Shown: positions 1-11,179 of the stretch, in pieces | Position numbering within the stretch: position 1 is the first letter of the stretch | How the letters are laid out: each line of letters starts with the position of its first letter | Assembly: GCA_965219415.1 (NCBI GenBank) | Contig: CBDCNP010000002.1 | Location: 1,216,001 to 1,280,000 of the forward strand | Length of the DNA: 64,000 bases | Reading direction: 5' to 3' | Source: Candidatus Marinacidobacterales bacterium | Lineage (GTDB): Bacteria; Acidobacteriota; Vicinamibacteria; Marinacidobacterales; DATDRI01 | Translations under genes and position numbers: made by a program | The notes under the pieces: generated by a model | What the model was told of the DNA's origin: nothing | What the model saw: the letters and a program-made list of their open reading frames with translations, nothing else | Databases searched by the model: none

Positions 1-2
1 GG

Positions 3-539
3 GGCTTCAACCCGACACGACTGACCCACAACCCAACCGCAGATGATTTCATCTCCTGGTCCCCAGACGGCACGCAAATAGCTTTCGAATCCGACCGAGA
101 TCGTGACGATCCAGAGATTTACCTGCTGAACGCCGTGGACGGCACCAACCTTCACAGATTGACCTTCACCAGGGCACTCGACGAAGTGCCGTCATGGTCC
201 CCGGACAGCGCGAAGATTCTGTATTCAACTGATGTGGACGGCGAGCCGCAAAATGGGAACTATGAAATCTACATCATGAACCGCGACGGCTCGAGCCAGA
301 CTCGCCTGACCGAGTCTCCGGAACAGGACACTTACCCCTCCATGTCCCCGGACGGTCAGTTCATCGTCTTCGAGTCCCACCGAGACGGACATGCCGAGAT
401 CTATCGTATGAACGGGGATGGTTCGGGCGTGATTCGTCTAACGACTCTCGAAGGACAGACGACCCGCACCAACGAAGGAGGCCCTGCCGCCGGCAACGGG
501 AATCCATCCTGGTCGCCTTTCTTGGATGGTGGCCGTTAG
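3..539 (+). CDS. TolB-like (PD40 repeat) beta-propeller protein, 5'-partial
   Basis: The frame is open from the window start (GFNPTRLTHNPTADDFISWSPDGTQIAFESDRD...), with repeated PSWSPD/SPDG and EIYxMNxDG motifs. Confidence 0.85.
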   Translation, partial: GFNPTRLTHNPTADDFISWSPDGTQIAFESDRDRDDPEIYLLNAVDGTNLHRLTFTRALDEVPSWSPDSAKILYSTDVDGEPQNGNYEIYIMNRDGSSQTRLTESPEQDTYPSMSPDGQFIVFESHRDGHAEIYRMNGDGSGVIRLTTLEGQTTRTNEGGPAAGNGNPSWSPFLDGGR

Positions 540-685
540 CGTCCCAAACTCCCCGGGAAGACGATTGCGGACCATCACCGGTCCGTTGTATAAAGATCAC
601 CCAGCCGATAGAATACCGTCGTTCTCATGAGTGTCAGCCGAAAGATCGAGCTCACTGAACCGCCCCGGGTTTTCCGGAGACTGTT

Positions 686-1600
<915 letters not shown>

Positions 1601-1601
1601 T

Positions 1602-1922
1602 TCACCTCGGTCGGCGGTCGAGCTCCGCCTGGGCGAAAAACGCCGACGCCTTGAGAAGGATCTCGTTCGCCCCCTTTAGCTCACGGTTCTCTCGCTCAAG
1701 CTCCTTCAGCCGCTGACCCTCGTCCGTCGTCAGTCCCGCTCGTTTCCCAGCATCACGCTCTGCTCGACGCACCCACGTGCGTAGCGTTTCCCGCGTACAG
1801 TCAATCTTCGACGCAATCGATGAGATCGCTGACCACTGAGATTCCTGCTCAGCCTGCTGGTCGATAACCATCCCCACTGCGCGCTCTTTTACCTCCGGTG
1901 AATACCTCCTTCGTCTTGTCAT
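1602..1922 (-). CDS. IS3 transposase OrfA (HTH)
   Basis: RRYSPEVKERAV...ETLRTWVR...LKELERENRELK..NEIL.KASAFFAQAELDR is a typical IS51-group OrfA. Confidence 0.92.
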   Translation of the reverse strand: MTRRRRYSPEVKERAVGMVIDQQAEQESQWSAISSIASKIDCTRETLRTWVRRAERDAGKRAGLTTDEGQRLKELERENRELKGANEILLKASAFFAQAELDRRPR

Positions 1923-4371
1923 GACTCCATCCTCTCAAGAGGTGGAGTCTCCGGGAAACCCGGGGCGGTTCACACCGTGGGCTCGGATGCGTTTAGTGTA
2001 CGCACCGAGCTGCTTGGAGACGACATCCCCATCATCGAAACTCGCGTCCTGCGAGGCACGGAAGAGGTCTACCGGACAGAGACCGACGTGCACGAGTTCG
2101 TGCCCCTATCCGAGCACCGCGCGGAAATCTCTCGCTGGATAGACACGCAGCACCAAACCGTCGTGGAAAGGCTGAGAGAGGGCAGCCTCTCCGTCGGAAC
2201 GGGTACCGAACAGAAAGCAGAGGCACTCGAAGCTCGCCTGGAATTCGCCCTATCGTCGCTGGCCGCGGCCGATTTTACTGCCGCGGCGCGGGAGTTGCGT
2301 CGCATTGCGGACCAGTTCCCAGACATGCAAGAGGCCCGCGAGCTCTTAGATGTAGCGCGAGCCGGTGAGTCGGGTGAGGCCAAGGAGGCGAACGCTCTCC
2401 GGAGGCTCAAAGCTGGAGCTCAAGCATACGCCAAAGGGAGCACTCGGAGGGCCATCGAGTTTTGGAAGGTCTGCCTCGCGAGTGACCCAGCCAGTCAGAC
2501 ATACCAGTGCCTCATACTTCTCGCCGCAACCCAGTCCAAAAAGCGGCGCGACAAGTGTGCACAAAAAATCATCTCCCTTGGAGGTCAGCTCCTCACCGAA
2601 GGATTCCCGGAAGAGGCGCACGCTCTGCTGTTGGTCGCCCAGACTGTCGAGCAAACGGAGTCGGCGAGACAGAACGAGACCGAGTTGGCCGAAGAAACGG
2701 TTTTGCTGCCGGCACAGTCTTGTGCCCCCCCGCGGGCCGGACATTCCGTGCAGGCCGAACCGCCCCTAGCGGACGATTTCGATTTTCAAGAAGGACCGGG
2801 AACCGACCCGCTGGACGCTGCTCCCGACACCAATCCGCGCTCGCCCGGGGCCTCGGAGATCGCAGGAGGCCCCGCAAGACCGATAGAAAGACGACGAGTT
2901 CCTGGGGCATTTCCGACCGCACTCCCATGCGGACACTCGACTTCAAGAGGCTACCACTCCCGCCCAACGTCCTGATCGGAGGTGCGGCCACCGCACTCGC
3001 ACTCCTGGTAGTCGCATTCTCAGTCTCTTCTCTGGTTGGAAGAAGTGTACCGGTGGAACTTCTCGATCAAGCATCGGCATCCTTCAACGCCGGCCAGTAC
3101 ACAGAAGCAACGCAGGCCTATTCACGGATTCTCTCCGACTGGGAGAATGTGGCGTCCGCACACCTGGGCCGAGGGCGAGCCCGACTGGCGTTGGGTGACG
3201 AGGAGGGAGGGCTTGCCGACCTGACCCGGGCGGTGGAGCTCGAGCTGGATGCCCCGACGTCAGCGGAAGAGCTAGCCGATGTGCTTTACGTTCGCGGAAG
3301 GTACAGAGAAGCGGTGGAATACTATCTTCAGGCCGTCGACTCCGGTGGCCAGGACTCCAGCGCTCGGTACCGCTTGGCCTCCAGTCTGTTGCAGCTCAAC
3401 CGATCGGACGAGGCCCTCGAGCACCTTGAGGAAGCCCTCGAGATCGATCCGTCCCATGGAGAGGCGCGGTTGCTGCTAGGAACCCTCCTTAATGCGGAGG
3501 GCCGACACGCGCATGCCGAACGAGAGCTGCGTGCCGCGAGGGCAGATATCGACGCCGACGGAGACTTTTTCACCGAGCTTGGAAACACGCTCCTCCGCCA
3601 AGGCAAGCTCGACGAGGCCGAGGAAGTGGCGCGGGTTTTCGTTCGTTTCGACGCCGGAGACGCTCGCTCGCACACGTTGCTCGGGGACGTCTTTCTTCAA
3701 CGAGGGCAATACGAGCCGGCACGCAACGAGTTGATCCAGGCATTGCAAGCCAACCCCAACGACCCGCGAGCCCAGGTGGCACTAGGGCAAACCTGGCTCG
3801 CCATCGGAAAGCGTCAGGGGGACCGAAGAGATCTAGAAAAGGCCCGGCAAGTCTTGGAATCTGCGCAAGGCGTTCCAGAGGCCGAGCGCGTCATGGTCCT
3901 GGGCCAGATCGCACTCGCCGAGGGCAAGCTTCGTGAGGCGGTGACTCTCTTGGAACAGTCCTTAGGAATAGGCGCCGAAGAGCTGCCGGCGCGGTTGTCT
4001 CTCGCGGATGCTAAGTATGGCGCCAGGGACTTCGCGGGCGCCGCCACAGAGCTCCAGCGTGCGAGACTCTTCGCGTCGAAGGATGCGGCCATTCCGCTTT
4101 CCTTAGCGATCACATACTTGCAGGCGCGAGATCCTCTTCGCGCGTCGGCAGAGTACCTGAAGGCCTTTCAATTGATTGGGACGAGCGGTACCGAGACGGT
4201 TGTCCTTCCGGCTCCCTATGTCTCCGTTCCGCGTCGCTTCGACATCAATCGTTCGATCCGATCAGCATACCGCGGTGGAATCGATCAAAGCGAGGACGAC
4301 GCGGACGCGGTAGCGCTGAAAACACTCGCCGACTCGACCTCGTTTACTATCGTCCGAGACTGACGCGCACC

Positions 4372-4499
4372 CTAGTGTCCCGTCCCGGAAGTCTTGTTGC
4401 ATTCGAGCGCCGATGCATCCCGCCTCGCTGCGTTGCGCCTTGCGATCCGGGCGCCTCGACGCTCTCGATGCTAACATCACTTCCGAGACGAGACACTAG
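4372..4499. mobile_element. MITE-like element with long terminal inverted repeats, bounded by CTAG
   Basis: The left end CTAGTGTCCCGTCCCGGAAGT matches the reverse complement of the right end (CTAGTGTCTCGTCTCGGAAGT) at 19/21, and imperfect pairing extends to about 38 bp. It is non-coding and fills the intergenic gap. Confidence 0.75.
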
Positions 4500-6316
4500 T
4501 GCTGTCGCGACGAAAACTCACGGTCTTCTTCTCATCCGTTTCTCTGTTTCTGTCATCGGTTGCGAATCCGTCCGACGTTCCCCTCCCGACACCACTTGCA
4601 CATTACGCGACCTATGACCCCGAGCTCGCCGGGTTAGCTATCGCGAGCGCGATCCTGCCACAGCTCGATCCCGACGTGCGGGCTCGGGCTCTCGCCGCCA
4701 TGCAATCACCCGATGCAGCGGATGCTGACGCGATCTCGGAAACGGAGATTCTCGCCGCGATGGAAGGGCTCGAGTGGGATAAGTGGCGTCCGGAGATTGT
4801 CGAGCTCTTCCTCCATCAGTCTCGAGTGTTGGAAGTCATCCCGGAGTCCGCGGGAGATTGGGTTCCGCTGGTCCATGATTCTCTGCTCCTGTTTCTGGAC
4901 CGTCTTAGCGAAGAGCGATTCGTCGAACGGCTGATGGAGCAGGCACGGCTTCCACGCGAAGCGGATCGGGGAGACCTCCTGCTGGCTTTCGTCGCCAAGA
5001 CCCCGAGCCTACAGAAGTTGGGGCAAATCATGGCGAGAAAAAACCCCGCCATCGCCCCGGACCTCAGGCTAGCCCTCCAAACACTCGAGAACAGCATTAC
5101 CACGACCTCTCGCGATGAAATCGTTCAAACGATCGAGGAAGGCCTGGGCGAGGACATCGTTTCCCGGTACCAGCTCCAATTCGCGGAGGATGTGCTGGCT
5201 GAGGCCAGCGTGGGCGCCGTCGTTCGCGCTACCCTGATCGAGCCGGGCGAGCAGACCACCCAGCAGGCAGTTTGCAAGGTGTTGAAGCCGTACGCCACGA
5301 CCGGTCTCCAAGAGGAGCTCGAGATCCTGCAAGCGGCTATCCAAAACCTGCAGGACAACGGTGACTTCTATGACATCGGGGCGGCACCGGTCGTCGAGCT
5401 CTTTCAGGAAGTCCGCGACGCGCTAGCGAAAGAAATTCGGGTTCCGGAGGAGCAGCAAAACCTGGCGCGGGCCGCCGCGTATTACAAGGGTCAAGAGGAG
5501 ATCCTGATTCCCGAGATATACGCGTTTTCCACACCCACCGTGACCTGCATGCAATTCGTCAACGGTGTCAAGATCACCGATGCCTACCCCGGAGATACCG
5601 AGGCTCGGGCTAGGCTTGCCCAACGCCTAAGCGACGCTTTGACGTTCGATGTCATTTTTTCAGACCAGGAAGACGCCCTGTTCCACGGGGATCCACACGC
5701 CGGCAACGTCCTTCACGTCGTCGACGATCCCAAACTGCCCTACCGTATCGCGCTCATCGACTGGGGCTTGAGCGAGGTGTTCCCCAAGGCGCAACGGAAA
5801 CAACTCATCCAACTCTTGGTGGGCCTCACGCTCGGAGATCCTAAGCGCTATGCGAACAATCTGGGCGCACTGGTGCAGCTCGAAGAGCCGTCCCCCGCGC
5901 AAGAACAGGCGATTAGCGATCTCGTGGACCGCGTGCTGACCGACAAGGACCGAGACTCTTTTCAGCTATTGAACGATCTCATCACCGAGTTGGGCAGCCA
6001 AGGGTTCTCGATCCGATTCAACGCCGCCATATTTATTAAATCCCAACTCACCATCGCCGGCATCTTGGTCGAGCTCGATCCCGAGTTCAAGCAAGGCGAC
6101 TATTTGATGAGCCGAGTCTCGGGCCAGGTCTTCAAGGAAACGCCCACTCGTCTACTTCGAACCGTCTATTTCCCAGCGTGGAACTCCCACAACTATAAGA
6201 CCCTGATGTCCAACGAAGACGTCAAGGATGTGCAAGCGCAGCGTTTCGGTCGGACCTTCAAGAAAATCGGAAAGGGAATCTGGGCGGTCATCAGCGCGCC
6301 GGCGAAGCTTTTCTAG
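4499..6316 (+). CDS. ABC1/UbiB (AarF) family atypical kinase
   Basis: KLGQ, LAEASVGAV, CKVLKP, FHGDPHAGN and IDWG motifs. Confidence 0.85.
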   Translation: MLSRRKLTVFFSSVSLFLSSVANPSDVPLPTPLAHYATYDPELAGLAIASAILPQLDPDVRARALAAMQSPDAADADAISETEILAAMEGLEWDKWRPEIVELFLHQSRVLEVIPESAGDWVPLVHDSLLLFLDRLSEERFVERLMEQARLPREADRGDLLLAFVAKTPSLQKLGQIMARKNPAIAPDLRLALQTLENSITTTSRDEIVQTIEEGLGEDIVSRYQLQFAEDVLAEASVGAVVRATLIEPGEQTTQQAVCKVLKPYATTGLQEELEILQAAIQNLQDNGDFYDIGAAPVVELFQEVRDALAKEIRVPEEQQNLARAAAYYKGQEEILIPEIYAFSTPTVTCMQFVNGVKITDAYPGDTEARARLAQRLSDALTFDVIFSDQEDALFHGDPHAGNVLHVVDDPKLPYRIALIDWGLSEVFPKAQRKQLIQLLVGLTLGDPKRYANNLGALVQLEEPSPAQEQAISDLVDRVLTDKDRDSFQLLNDLITELGSQGFSIRFNAAIFIKSQLTIAGILVELDPEFKQGDYLMSRVSGQVFKETPTRLLRTVYFPAWNSHNYKTLMSNEDVKDVQAQRFGRTFKKIGKGIWAVISAPAKLF

Positions 6317-6412
6317 TCGCCCCTGCTGGCACCCAGATCACATGGTCGCCCATGACCCAGGCTTGTCAGGGGCTCCTGCGCGCACCCAAATCAGGTGGTT
6401 GCATAACGCAGC

Positions 6413-8800
6413 CTAGTCGGGCGCGCCCTCGAGTCCCTGCGCGGCAGCCAACTCCCGTTCGGAGTCCTGCGATTTCCCAAGCCGATTGTAGATGTCGGCG
6501 AGAATGTAGTGTCCGAACGGTGCCATCGAAGGCTCGGGGCCGAGCTCGATGCCTCGGTTGGCGAGCTCCATAGAACGTTCCAGGTCTCCGACGTCGAGGT
6601 AATGCTTCGAGAGATACAAGTGGCCGATAGCGAATTTGCCGTTGAGCTCGATCGATTTTTCGAAGTGCTCCACCATTTTCTTGGGCCGCCCGATTTGCCC
6701 ATACAACTTGGCGATATTGAAATGGGTCCTGAAGTTCTTGGGAGAAATCTCGAGATCCCTTTCGTAGGCGGCGACCGCACCGGGGACGTCTTTCTTCTCC
6801 TCCAGTATCAGCGCTAGATTGTAATAGGCGCTCGCCAGATCCGGCTTCATCTCCAAGGCGATTCCCACTTCCTTTTCCGCCTCATCGAATTGCTCGAGAC
6901 CGATGTAGCACTCCGCCATAAGATTGTGGAATATCGGTCGCTCGCTACCACGCTCTACGTTGTCTTGGAGAAGCTCCAAAGCCTCGGCGAACTCTTTCCG
7001 CGCGGTATGAATCCCGGCAAGCCGGAGGTGCGCACCGCTGTCTCGGGGATCGATTTCGATGATGCGGCGGAACCCCGCGGCCGCATCGTCCAACTGCCCC
7101 CTCTCCTCGTAGATGTTAGCCAACCCGAAAAGCGCCGGCTTGAACTCCGAGTCCCTGACGAGAGCATCCTGATAGGCCTGGATCGCCCGGTCATCCTCGT
7201 CCTTCTTGGCGTAGAGATTGCCAAGAATGCTATAGGCTTCCAGAATATCCGGATCCTCCGCAAGGACCCTCTGTATCTTGGCGAGCGCATCCTCGACCCT
7301 GCCCTCACTAGAATCGCTGCCGGCCCGCTTGATGAGGTTGAACAACTTGATCTTGTCCTTCGGATCCGCGAGTGGTTTGTCCGGATCGATCTTGATCTTG
7401 GACGGCCCCCCTAGGTAGCCGAGCGCAGCAAGCTGAGCGTGTGTCTCCGCGTCGAGCGTTACCGGCGCTTGCTCCTCGATGCCTTCCGCGCTGTACCGTT
7501 CCATCATCTCTTCGAGCTTGGCCTGATACTGGCTTACCGTCCGCGCGCGCTTCGGTGCGAGATTGTTTTGCTGTCGGGGATCCTCCGCCAGGTCGAAGAG
7601 CTCCGGCCGGGGGGCGGCAATATAGTGAAACTCCCCGTCACGAAGCGACTTCAGCTCGCTCCAACCATAGTGATTGCGCGGGTAGTACGACTCGCTGTAA
7701 GCGAGCGAATTCATATCGTCCACCTTGCCGGTCGCGAGCTCGAGCAAACTGTTACCTTGAACCGGTTCCGGGATTTGGGCTCCCACCAGGTCCAACAGAG
7801 TCGGCATTAGATCAACCACGCTCACCTGAGCTGCGACCCGCCGCGGGCTCCTTATTCCGGATGGGATCTTCAAGATGAGCGGCACGTGCGTCGTAGCGTC
7901 GTATATGAAGAACAAGTGACTCGTCTCCTGGTGCTGACCGAGGCTTTCTCCATGATCACCCATGAAGGCAACGGCCGTTGTTTCTGCGAGCCCCTTGTTG
8001 TCGAGCCACTTCATCAATTCACCCATTAAGCTGTCGACATAGGCGACCTCGCCATCGTAACGCTGGAACGGGCCCGGTCCGTACTGACTGAGATAAGGCT
8101 CGGGTGGCTCATAAGGCGTATGCGCATCGTAGAGGTGAATCCATGAGAAGAACGGACCCTCGCCGGCGGATTCCATCCAACCGATCGCCTCTGTGAGCAC
8201 CTCGTCACCCGGACGCTGTACGGAGTCGAGACTCACGCGCTCGTATTTCGCAAAATCGAAATCATCGAAGTAGCGGTCGAAGCCCTGACTCAGACCCCAT
8301 TTGGAATCCAGAACGAACGCGGCGACGAAGGCTCCCGTGGCGTAACCTTTCTCTTTGAGAGACTCGGCCAACGTGACGTGCTTCGCATCCAGGTAATAGC
8401 CACCGTTGTCGCGCACGCCGTGATACATGGGGTAGGTGCCCGTTAAAATCGATGAGTGGGCGGGCAGCGTAAGGGGAACAACGGTGGTGGCATTCTCGAA
8501 GAGCACCCCCTCTTCCGCCATCCGGTCGATGTTCGGAGTCCTGATACGGGTGTTCCCGTAGCAACCCAGCTTGTCGGCTCGCAGTGTATCCGCCGTCACC
8601 AACACGATGTTGAGAGGAGCACCGCTTCTGGTGGTGCCGATATCGCCATCGGGTCCCCAGAGCCAGAGGACGGCGGCCAGACCTGCCAACGCTGCGACGA
8701 CTGCAAGCCCCCAGAGACGGTAGCTTCTTTTCTTTCTTCTCGGGGACGCGGCGGGTGAAGGCTTCTGCGATTGCCGTCGTTTCTGCTTTTTCTTGCTCAT
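6413..8800 (-). CDS. Sulfatase-like (alkaline phosphatase superfamily) hydrolase/transferase with C-terminal TPRs
   Basis: NIVLVTADTLRAD, PLTLPAHSSILTG, WIHLYDAHTPY, GDHGESLGQH and ELFDLAEDP motifs, an N-terminal TM and a TPR tail. The likely start is MSKKKQ at 8800. Confidence 0.88.
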   Translation of the reverse strand: MSKKKQKRRQSQKPSPAASPRRKKRSYRLWGLAVVAALAGLAAVLWLWGPDGDIGTTRSGAPLNIVLVTADTLRADKLGCYGNTRIRTPNIDRMAEEGVLFENATTVVPLTLPAHSSILTGTYPMYHGVRDNGGYYLDAKHVTLAESLKEKGYATGAFVAAFVLDSKWGLSQGFDRYFDDFDFAKYERVSLDSVQRPGDEVLTEAIGWMESAGEGPFFSWIHLYDAHTPYEPPEPYLSQYGPGPFQRYDGEVAYVDSLMGELMKWLDNKGLAETTAVAFMGDHGESLGQHQETSHLFFIYDATTHVPLILKIPSGIRSPRRVAAQVSVVDLMPTLLDLVGAQIPEPVQGNSLLELATGKVDDMNSLAYSESYYPRNHYGWSELKSLRDGEFHYIAAPRPELFDLAEDPRQQNNLAPKRARTVSQYQAKLEEMMERYSAEGIEEQAPVTLDAETHAQLAALGYLGGPSKIKIDPDKPLADPKDKIKLFNLIKRAGSDSSEGRVEDALAKIQRVLAEDPDILEAYSILGNLYAKKDEDDRAIQAYQDALVRDSEFKPALFGLANIYEERGQLDDAAAGFRRIIEIDPRDSGAHLRLAGIHTARKEFAEALELLQDNVERGSERPIFHNLMAECYIGLEQFDEAEKEVGIALEMKPDLASAYYNLALILEEKKDVPGAVAAYERDLEISPKNFRTHFNIAKLYGQIGRPKKMVEHFEKSIELNGKFAIGHLYLSKHYLDVGDLERSMELANRGIELGPEPSMAPFGHYILADIYNRLGKSQDSERELAAAQGLEGAPD

Positions 8801-8938
8801 GATCGGCAGCTTCTCTAGTGTAGATTCTAGCCTGCAACACGCAGCGAATAAAGGCCGAACGCCCGCGTGTGCCCTTGCGGATGATTTGTTATCCGGTGCG
8901 GCCGAATGAGAACAAGGCGGCCGAGGGTAAACCATGGA

Positions 8939-9733
8939 ATGGCACGTTTTCGCGACACGTGGTTAGTCGCGACCGCAGGCACGCTCGCGGTCGTCATTGC
9001 ACTGCTGCTGTCCTGTAGCCAAGACCCACCGTCACAACCACGCTCGTCTGGCGAGGAGCCTCCCGCAGCCTCGCAACCGATCGTCGCCTGGGCTGGAATC
9101 GACCTGAGTGGGAAGGCCCTCTATTCGCAGCACAACGAAGAGTTGATCACCAGGGACTTCTTTCAAGACCGCAGGGATGGATTCTTCCTGGATGTGGGCT
9201 GCTTCACGCCGGTGATCTATAGCAATACTTACTACCTCGAGAAGCATCTGGGCTGGTCTGGCATTGCCCTCGATGCATTGCCGGAATACGAGGAGCGCTG
9301 GAAGCGGAGGCGTCCGAAAAGCAAGTTCTTCAATTACCTTGTCACCGACCACGACGATAGCGTAGAGCCATTCTATCGCTCTGAGCTCCCTGGAATATCT
9401 TCCATTCGGAAGCCGCTGAAAGGCCCCGCGGGAGCTGACCTCAGTTTCGACGAGATCCAGGTGCCGACGATCACTCTCACTCGCCTGCTCGAGCGGAACG
9501 GGGTTGCCAAAATCGACTTCCTGTCGATGGACATCGAGGGCGCCGAGCCGCTCGTCCTCGCGGGTTTCGATATCGAGCGCTTCCGGCCAGAGCTGGCCTG
9601 CATCGAAGCGAAGCCCGCGAACCGCGAGCCGATCTTAAAGTACTTCGCGGACCATGGCTACGAGTGGATCGAGAGATACTTCCAGTACGACGAACACAAT
9701 TACTATTTCACGCCGAAAGTCGCTCACCGTTAG
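8939..9733 (+). CDS. FkbM-family (Methyltransf_21) methyltransferase with a lipoprotein-like signal peptide
   Basis: YSQHNEE, GFFLDVG, SNTYYLEKHLGWSG and IDFLSMDIEGAE motifs. The N-terminus is hydrophobic and ends in LLLSC. Confidence 0.85.
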   Translation: MARFRDTWLVATAGTLAVVIALLLSCSQDPPSQPRSSGEEPPAASQPIVAWAGIDLSGKALYSQHNEELITRDFFQDRRDGFFLDVGCFTPVIYSNTYYLEKHLGWSGIALDALPEYEERWKRRRPKSKFFNYLVTDHDDSVEPFYRSELPGISSIRKPLKGPAGADLSFDEIQVPTITLTRLLERNGVAKIDFLSMDIEGAEPLVLAGFDIERFRPELACIEAKPANREPILKYFADHGYEWIERYFQYDEHNYYFTPKVAHR

Positions 9734-9805
9734 CGGACACGGCGCTGAAGATCTCCCGTTGGTGCCGAACAAGAATTACTTCGTCTTTCGCAAGCGCGGC
9801 CGCTG

Positions 9806-11168
9806 ATGACGAAGGCGAGCCTGGTCCGCCGCATCGGCGTGGTAAGCGCCACCGCCATTGTCGTTTCCAACATGATCGGAACCGGCATCTTCACAACGAC
9901 GGGGTTTCTCGCCAGCGATTTGGGCTCTCCCGGTTTGGTGATTTTCATCTGGGTGGTTGAAGGGGTTATCGCCCTCACCGGAGCCCTGTCCTACGTCGAG
10001 CTCGCTATCAACTTTCCCCGCTCGGGAGGCGAGTACGTCTACCTGTCGGAAGCCTGGGGACCGGCGTGGGGCTTCATCGACGGCTGGGTCAGCTTCTTCG
10101 CGGGCTTTTCCGCCCCCGTCGCCGCGGCGGCACTAGCGATTTCCGCGTATCTGGGTCTTAGTGACGCTGGGCGGGCGCTTCCGCTGGGTCCTCTCACCCT
10201 TCACTTGGCAGATGCTCAGCTCACGGCCTGCGCTATCGTTGCCGTGTTCACCCTGCTGAACGTGCTCGGCGTCCGCGAGGTGGGGAGACTCCAGACGACT
10301 CTCACCATCCTCAAGCTCCTGGTCATTGCTGGTTTCCTAACTCTTGGGTTCACCATAGGTCAGGGTGACACCGCTCACTTCTCGGCGATGGCGGCGCGAA
10401 CCTCGAGCTTGTCGATCTTCGAGCAGTTCGCCACCAGCCTAGTGTTCGTCTACTTCGGCTATAGCGGCTGGAACGCGGCAGTCTATGTGGCCGGGGAGAT
10501 CGAAAAGCCCGAGAAAACGCTACCCATCGCCCTCACCGTCGGTACGCTCTTGGTCACGGCGCTGTACGTGGCGTTGAACGTCCTTTACGTCTACGGTGCG
10601 TCTCTGGAGGAGCTCAAAGGAGTCGTCGCGGTGGGGGCGGAGGTGGCGGGCGCGCTCTTCGGCTCTCAAACGGCACGCCTCTTCAGCCTCGCCATGGCCC
10701 TTTCGCTCCTCGCCACCGTCAACGCGATGTGTTTCGTCGGTCCCCGGGTCTACTATGCGATGGCGCAAGATCGGGCCTTCTTTCCCATCGCGGCACGGAT
10801 TCACCCGAGGTGGAAAAGCCCCTGGGTGGTTGGTTGTGATGCAAGGTGCGTGCACGGTGCTGCTCATCGTTTTTCCGACGTTTCGTGGCCTCGTGATCTA
10901 CATCGGCTTCACTCTCTATTTGTTCACGGCTCTTTCCGTTTTGGGTCTGTTCAAATTTCGGCGGCGTCCGGGCTGGAAACGGTTCTCCTGGCTAGATCGC
11001 ACGTATCCGCTCATCCCGGTGCTCTATGTGGGCATGAGCATCTGGGTTCTCGCGTTCTCCATCAGGAGCGCTCCGGTCCCGTCTGGCATGGCCCTCGCGA
11101 CCGTGCTCGGAGGCGCGCTGGTCTATCACTTCTACATCTTGCCACGCAAGGCAGGACAATCGCCGTAA
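9806..11168 (+). CDS. APC-family amino acid permease (frameshift near 10830)
   Basis: MIGTGIF, YVEL...PRSGGEYVY, YSGWNAA, EIEKPEKTLP and GPRVYYAMAQD motifs. The C-terminal TMs continue in ORF 10596-11168. Confidence 0.85.
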
Positions 11169-11179
11169 GGAGGATGAAA

